From the NCBI GenBank assembly GCA_001918745.1, contig MNGN01000031.1:33651-97650 (forward strand): DNA of 64,000 nucleotides, read 5' to 3'. Numbering within the stretch: the first letter of the stretch is position 1; each line of letters begins with the position of its first letter. The notes under the pieces are model-generated. The model did no database searches. It saw only the letters and a list, made by a program, of their open reading frames with translations, and was not told the DNA's origin. This document shows, piece after piece, positions 59,988 through 64,000 of the stretch. The translations under genes and the position numbers were made by a program. The stretch comes from Crenarchaeota archaeon 13_1_40CM_3_52_17 (GTDB lineage: Archaea; Thermoproteota; Bathyarchaeia; 40CM-2-53-6).

Positions 59988-60792
59988 GCTTGTGGCAACG
60001 CCCGTCCTATATCGACCGGTGAAGAGACTAGGCCAGAATTTCCTAGCAGACAAACACATCGCCTCAAGAGTAGTATCGACCGCCGAGCTGACTCGCACTG
60101 ATACTGTTCTCGAGCCTGGAGCAGGGTACGGGACCCTAACCCACCTTCTCGAAGAACAGGCAGGTCGAGTGCTCGCGGTCGAGAAAGACCGAAGACTAGT
60201 TTCGCACCTACGGAAAGAGTTCGAGAATAATCCGACTGTTTCTGTGATCGAGGGAGACGTACTCAAGATCCCTCTTCCACAGTTCAACAAGATGGTGGGA
60301 ACACCACCGTACGTTCTATCGTCAAAGCTGATCCTCTTTCTAGCAAAGAGAAAGCTTGAGCTTGCGTCTCTGGTGCTTCAGAAGGAGTTTGGAGAAAGGC
60401 TTCTAGCTGAGCCAGGAACTGCTGAATATGGAAGATTGTCCATTACGGCCCAACGTGATTTGAGGATTCGGCCGATCATGAACATCCCCGCCACCGCGTT
60501 TCGACCCCGCCCCAAGGTGGAGTCTATCCTTCTACGAATATCACCGAACGAAATCGATAGGGGTGTAGACAGCGAGTTGTTTGAGGAACTTGTACGTGGA
60601 TTATTCAACCAGCGCAGACGGGTCGTGAGAAGCTCTTTCCAACATTACCTATCCCAGAAAATGACACGGGAAAGGGCTCGTAAAACTCTAGAGGCTATGA
60701 CTCTGCCTGAAAAGAGAGTCTACCAGCTAACTATTCGTGATCTTGAGGATCTCTGTGAACAGCTCTCCAAGATTGATCTTCAACAGCAATAA
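59980..60792 (+). CDS. rsmA: 16S rRNA dimethyladenosine transferase KsgA/Dim1
   Basis: LGQNFL, EPGAG.G.LT, VEKD, QKEF..RL, YGRLS, F.P.PKV.S. Confidence 0.94.
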   Translation: MYELVATPVLYRPVKRLGQNFLADKHIASRVVSTAELTRTDTVLEPGAGYGTLTHLLEEQAGRVLAVEKDRRLVSHLRKEFENNPTVSVIEGDVLKIPLPQFNKMVGTPPYVLSSKLILFLAKRKLELASLVLQKEFGERLLAEPGTAEYGRLSITAQRDLRIRPIMNIPATAFRPRPKVESILLRISPNEIDRGVDSELFEELVRGLFNQRRRVVRSSFQHYLSQKMTRERARKTLEAMTLPEKRVYQLTIRDLEDLCEQLSKIDLQQQ

Positions 60793-60828
60793 TATATTGT
60801 AGACAGAACCATCGGTGCTGTATCTCCC

Positions 60829-60993
60829 ATGCCGATCACCGATGTGATGAAGAAACAGCTAGCGCAACGTCACAGGCTGTTCTTCAAAATATGCAGGACG
60901 TGCGGCTCACGGAACTCGCCGAACGCCTACAGATGTCGCCGTTGCCGGGGAGATAATCTTCGCTGGAAGAAACGAGAACTAGGCGCAAAGTAA
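60829..60993 (+). CDS. rpl40e: 50S ribosomal protein L40e (54 aa, not in the ORF track)
   Basis: MPITDVMKKQLAQRHRLFFKICRTCGSRNSPNAYRCRRCRGDNLRWKKRELGAK*. Confidence 0.95.
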   Translation: MPITDVMKKQLAQRHRLFFKICRTCGSRNSPNAYRCRRCRGDNLRWKKRELGAK

Positions 60994-61006
60994 AGTATCA
61001 ACTGGT

Positions 61007-61888
61007 CTACTGCACCAGGGAGACCTGCTGGAGTAGCAACTTGGGAAGTTCTGATGGAACTTCAGCGACAAGTACACCGGCTTCTCTCAGACTCTCCATC
61101 TTAGCGTCTGCTGTTCCCTCTGTCCCGGTTATGATTGCGCCCGCATGGCCCATTCGCTTGCCTGGGGGTGCTGCTCGGCCGGCGATGTACGCCGCGACTC
61201 GTTTCGGATATTTCGTGTCGCGAATGTAATTCGCAGCGTCTTCCTCCCCAGAGCCTCCGATCTCTCCAATCAGAACGACTGTGTCGGTGTCGGGGTCGTC
61301 TCTGAAGAGTTTGAGAACGTCAACGAAGTTGAGTCCCGTAAATGGATCGCCACCTATTCCAAGACATGTGGATTGTCCGATTCCATCATGGGTCAGTGAT
61401 GCTGCGATTTCGTAGGTTAGGGTCCCGCTTCTTGACGCGAGGCCGACCTTGCCGGGTTTGAACACGTCGCCAGGCATTATGCCGAGCTTGGCCTCGCCTA
61501 CTGTGATTATTCCCGGTGTGTTGGGACCAATGATGGTTGCTCCACGGTTCTTTGCGTACTCTATGAGTATCATTGTGTCTCGCGCCGGTATCATTTCTGT
61601 AATTATCACAACAGGGTTAAGGCCGGCATCGATTGCTTCCATCCCAGCTTCCTTAGCGAACGGGGCTGGGACGAAAATGATTGAGGCATTCGCATTTGTT
61701 CTTTCGAGCGCTGAGGCTACCGTGTCGAAAACAGGCAGGCCAACTGCGGTCGTCCCGCCTTTTCCGGGAGTGACGCCAGCGACAATCCCGGTTCCATAGT
61801 CGAGCATGAGTTTAGCATGGAACGATCCTTGGTTGCCGGTTATTCCCTGAACAATCGCACGGGTCTGCTTCCCGATCAAAACTGCCAT
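61007..61888 (-). CDS. sucD: Succinate--CoA ligase subunit alpha
   Basis: VQGITG..G.FH, IGPN.PG, SRSGTLTYE, GIGGD, MGHAGA. Confidence 0.96.
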   Translation of the reverse strand: MAVLIGKQTRAIVQGITGNQGSFHAKLMLDYGTGIVAGVTPGKGGTTAVGLPVFDTVASALERTNANASIIFVPAPFAKEAGMEAIDAGLNPVVIITEMIPARDTMILIEYAKNRGATIIGPNTPGIITVGEAKLGIMPGDVFKPGKVGLASRSGTLTYEIAASLTHDGIGQSTCLGIGGDPFTGLNFVDVLKLFRDDPDTDTVVLIGEIGGSGEEDAANYIRDTKYPKRVAAYIAGRAAPPGKRMGHAGAIITGTEGTADAKMESLREAGVLVAEVPSELPKLLLQQVSLVQ

Positions 61889-63028
61889 CTATGCAACCAC
61901 CTTGCTCACAACGAGTCTGGCTGCTTCGTCCATCTTATCCATAGCCATCAGTCCCGCGGACTGGAGTATCTTTCGCCCTTCTTCCTGGTTGGTTCCGACC
62001 ATTCGTATGACGAGTGGCTTCTTGAGACCCATGACTTTCTTAACATCAACTATTCCTTTCGCGACTTCGTCGCATCTAGTAATTCCGGCTAGGATATTGA
62101 CGAATATTGCCTTAACCTTGTCAGCCCCCTGGATGATCTGGAGTGCTGTGGCCACATGCTCGGCATTGGCTCCGCCTCCGACATCGCAGAAGTTGGCCGG
62201 TTTCCCACCGTATTGTTTGACGAGGTCGAGTGTTGCCATGACGAGTCCCGCCCCGTTTCCGATGATGCCTATGTCGCCATCAAGTTCTACGAATGCGAGA
62301 CCGTTGTCGTGAGCTTTCGATTCCAAGGCGGTAACTTCACCGCTAATCTCTTTCGATCTCTCTTGGAACTCGGGATGTCGGAATAGACTGTTGTCGTCTA
62401 CTATCACTCTTAGATCAGCGGCGACGAAGCGGCCATCTTGCATCTCAATAACAGGATTACTCTCCACCAACTCGCCATCATAGATCACGGACAGTCGATA
62501 GAGGTTGGATAGGAAGTCGGTGAAGGTCCCCTGTTGGGCGCCTTGGTATCCGAGCTTCAAGGCAATAAGCCGGGCGTCATAGCTTCTCATTCCGAAGACG
62601 GGGTCGAGGGGGTGTCTGAGAACTTTCTCGGGGGTTTGTCGTGCGACCTCTTCAATGTCGATTCCGCCTTGGTCGCTGGCGAGAACTGTCTGGCATCGGT
62701 TTGCGCGATCTAGAACGATGCTGGCGAAGAGCTCCTTCTTCGCTGTAGCTCTCTGTTCGACGAGAACCTTCTTGACACGCTCGCCCTTGATGGTCATATT
62801 CAGAATCTCGGTTGCGCGGTCCCGTGTCTCGTCGGGTTTGCTGGCGAACTTTATTCCGCCGGCTTTTCCGCGTCCAGCGACGAGGACTTGGGCTTTGACT
62901 ACGGCCTCTCCACCAATACGCTTGTGAATATCCTTAGCTTCCTCCGCTGTGGAAGCCACCGCACCTTTGGGTGTGTTGATCCCGAGATTTTGCGCGATAG
63001 ACTTCGCCTCATACTCAAAGAGCTTCAA
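61889..63028 (-). CDS. sucC: Succinate--CoA ligase subunit beta
   Basis: KLFEYEAK, KAQV..GRGKAGG, GNGAGLVMATLD, PANF.DVGGG. Confidence 0.96.
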   Translation of the reverse strand: MKLFEYEAKSIAQNLGINTPKGAVASTAEEAKDIHKRIGGEAVVKAQVLVAGRGKAGGIKFASKPDETRDRATEILNMTIKGERVKKVLVEQRATAKKELFASIVLDRANRCQTVLASDQGGIDIEEVARQTPEKVLRHPLDPVFGMRSYDARLIALKLGYQGAQQGTFTDFLSNLYRLSVIYDGELVESNPVIEMQDGRFVAADLRVIVDDNSLFRHPEFQERSKEISGEVTALESKAHDNGLAFVELDGDIGIIGNGAGLVMATLDLVKQYGGKPANFCDVGGGANAEHVATALQIIQGADKVKAIFVNILAGITRCDEVAKGIVDVKKVMGLKKPLVIRMVGTNQEEGRKILQSAGLMAMDKMDEAARLVVSKVVA

Positions 63029-63105
63029 GTGATCAGATCCGAAGTTGCTCGCGTCAGAATCCTCTTTGGTATTTGGCTGTTACGGGAGTCACCAGGTTTG
63101 GCAGA

Positions 63106-63669
63106 TCAGTGGAACTTCTCCCCTTTCTCGAACATCTTGATCATCTGACTGATCTTCATCCTCCTCGATTCTGCGTTTTTTGCGTTCTCTAGCCTGAACA
63201 CAACGGAATAGATGTTGGTGCGGTTCAGCGTTCTGAAGAAGGCTTCCGCCTCCTTGTTCTTTCTGAGTGCTTTGATGAAATCCTCGGGCAGTTTCGCACT
63301 ACTTGGCGGGCTGTAGGCCCGGTCCCACCTGCCGTCTCGCTTCGCCGCCTCGACCTGCCTTAGGCCAGCTGGCTTCATTTTTCCTTGTTTTATCAGTGTC
63401 TCGGCGCGTTTGGTATTGACCTTTGACCAGATGCTCTTTGGTCTCCGAGGTACGAATCTGCCCAGCCATGACCTTTCACCATAAGGCCTGGCTTGGCCTG
63501 TAATCCATCCGTAGCACAACGCAACATCCAGCGCCTCAGAGGTGTTTATTGAAGAAACGTCAGAAGCCTTCTTGAAAAAGCGAATCCATATCCCCTTTGA
63601 CTCAGAGCATTTCTCAGCTAGCCACTTATCCCATTGACTCGCCGACCGGAATTCGAATATCTCGTCCAT
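63106..63669 (-). CDS. YdeI/OmpD-associated family protein
   Basis: ALCYGWI.G, F.PRR..S.WS..N, G.M.PAG...VEAAK.DGRW..AY. Confidence 0.9.
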   Translation of the reverse strand: MDEIFEFRSASQWDKWLAEKCSESKGIWIRFFKKASDVSSINTSEALDVALCYGWITGQARPYGERSWLGRFVPRRPKSIWSKVNTKRAETLIKQGKMKPAGLRQVEAAKRDGRWDRAYSPPSSAKLPEDFIKALRKNKEAEAFFRTLNRTNIYSVVFRLENAKNAESRRMKISQMIKMFEKGEKFH

Positions 63670-63933
63670 GGCACGGAAAGGTGAGGGAGGACATTGTTAA
63701 GTTGCCGGGCCGCCTCGAGCAAATTCCACCCACCGGCGTCAGCGGACTTAACAAAACCGCTGAAGGGGTTCCACTGAAGGTAATGCATTTATGAAGCAGG
63801 GGCTTCTTTGGCTTAGAAGTCGGTTTAAGACGACTGAGATAGGTTAACGCTTGTTCGGGCGCGAGATTCCCAAGGGTCGAGAAGCTCAGGTAGACAAGAC
63901 CCTACCACTCTGTCGGGACAGGTTCGGGTATTA

Positions 63934-64000
63934 ATGGTAAAGACTATCCTTGACAGTTTCTGTGTCAAGAGCGGAATCTTTTGCTCTCGATGCGAAGAGA
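63934..64000 (+). CDS. N-terminus of an archaeal NusA-like KH protein (partial)
   Basis: MVKTILDSFCVKSGIFCSRCEE resembles the CxKSGxxCxxC start of archaeal NusA paralogues. Confidence 0.7.
   Translation, partial: MVKTILDSFCVKSGIFCSRCEE

Noticed and set aside
597..63794. Remaining short overlapping ORFs in the six-frame track (e.g. 59466-60290, 54451-55071, 25316-25885)
   Set aside because: Antisense or alternate-frame shadows of well-supported genes with no recognisable motifs

Overview
Archaeal chromosomal DNA with no recognisable CRISPR array, transposase, tRNA or rRNA. Gene content (Rpo12, Rpo4, L21e, L40e, fibrillarin/Nop5, aCPSF1, SepF, Lhr, RNase HII with DDAGRG) suggests a TACK archaeon, most like Bathyarchaeia (inference). 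About 65 mostly housekeeping genes cover RNA processing and modification, translation, nucleotide metabolism, SucCD, a histidine-utilisation cluster (hutH, hutU, hutI; no hutG) and many peptidases. Three genes are frameshifted. Best leads: (1) a ~260-nt multibranched candidate ncRNA with its own TATA-like box between cofE and hutU; (2) a riboswitch-like leader plus phased TGTGCRGA repeats upstream of a NitT/TauT ABC pair with no adjacent binding protein; (3) an unusual wHTH regulator-hsp20 operon whose TATA box is flanked by two GTTAC-N5-GTAAC palindromes; (4) a catalytically intact HMG-CoA synthase fused to a DUF35 domain; (5) intact genes lacking canonical catalytic residues (M29, LarA-like, creatinase-like M24); (6) frequent TTG starts, probable CTG starts, and two conserved genes with no NTG start. 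All family calls come from motifs recognised by eye; no searches or folding programs were run.
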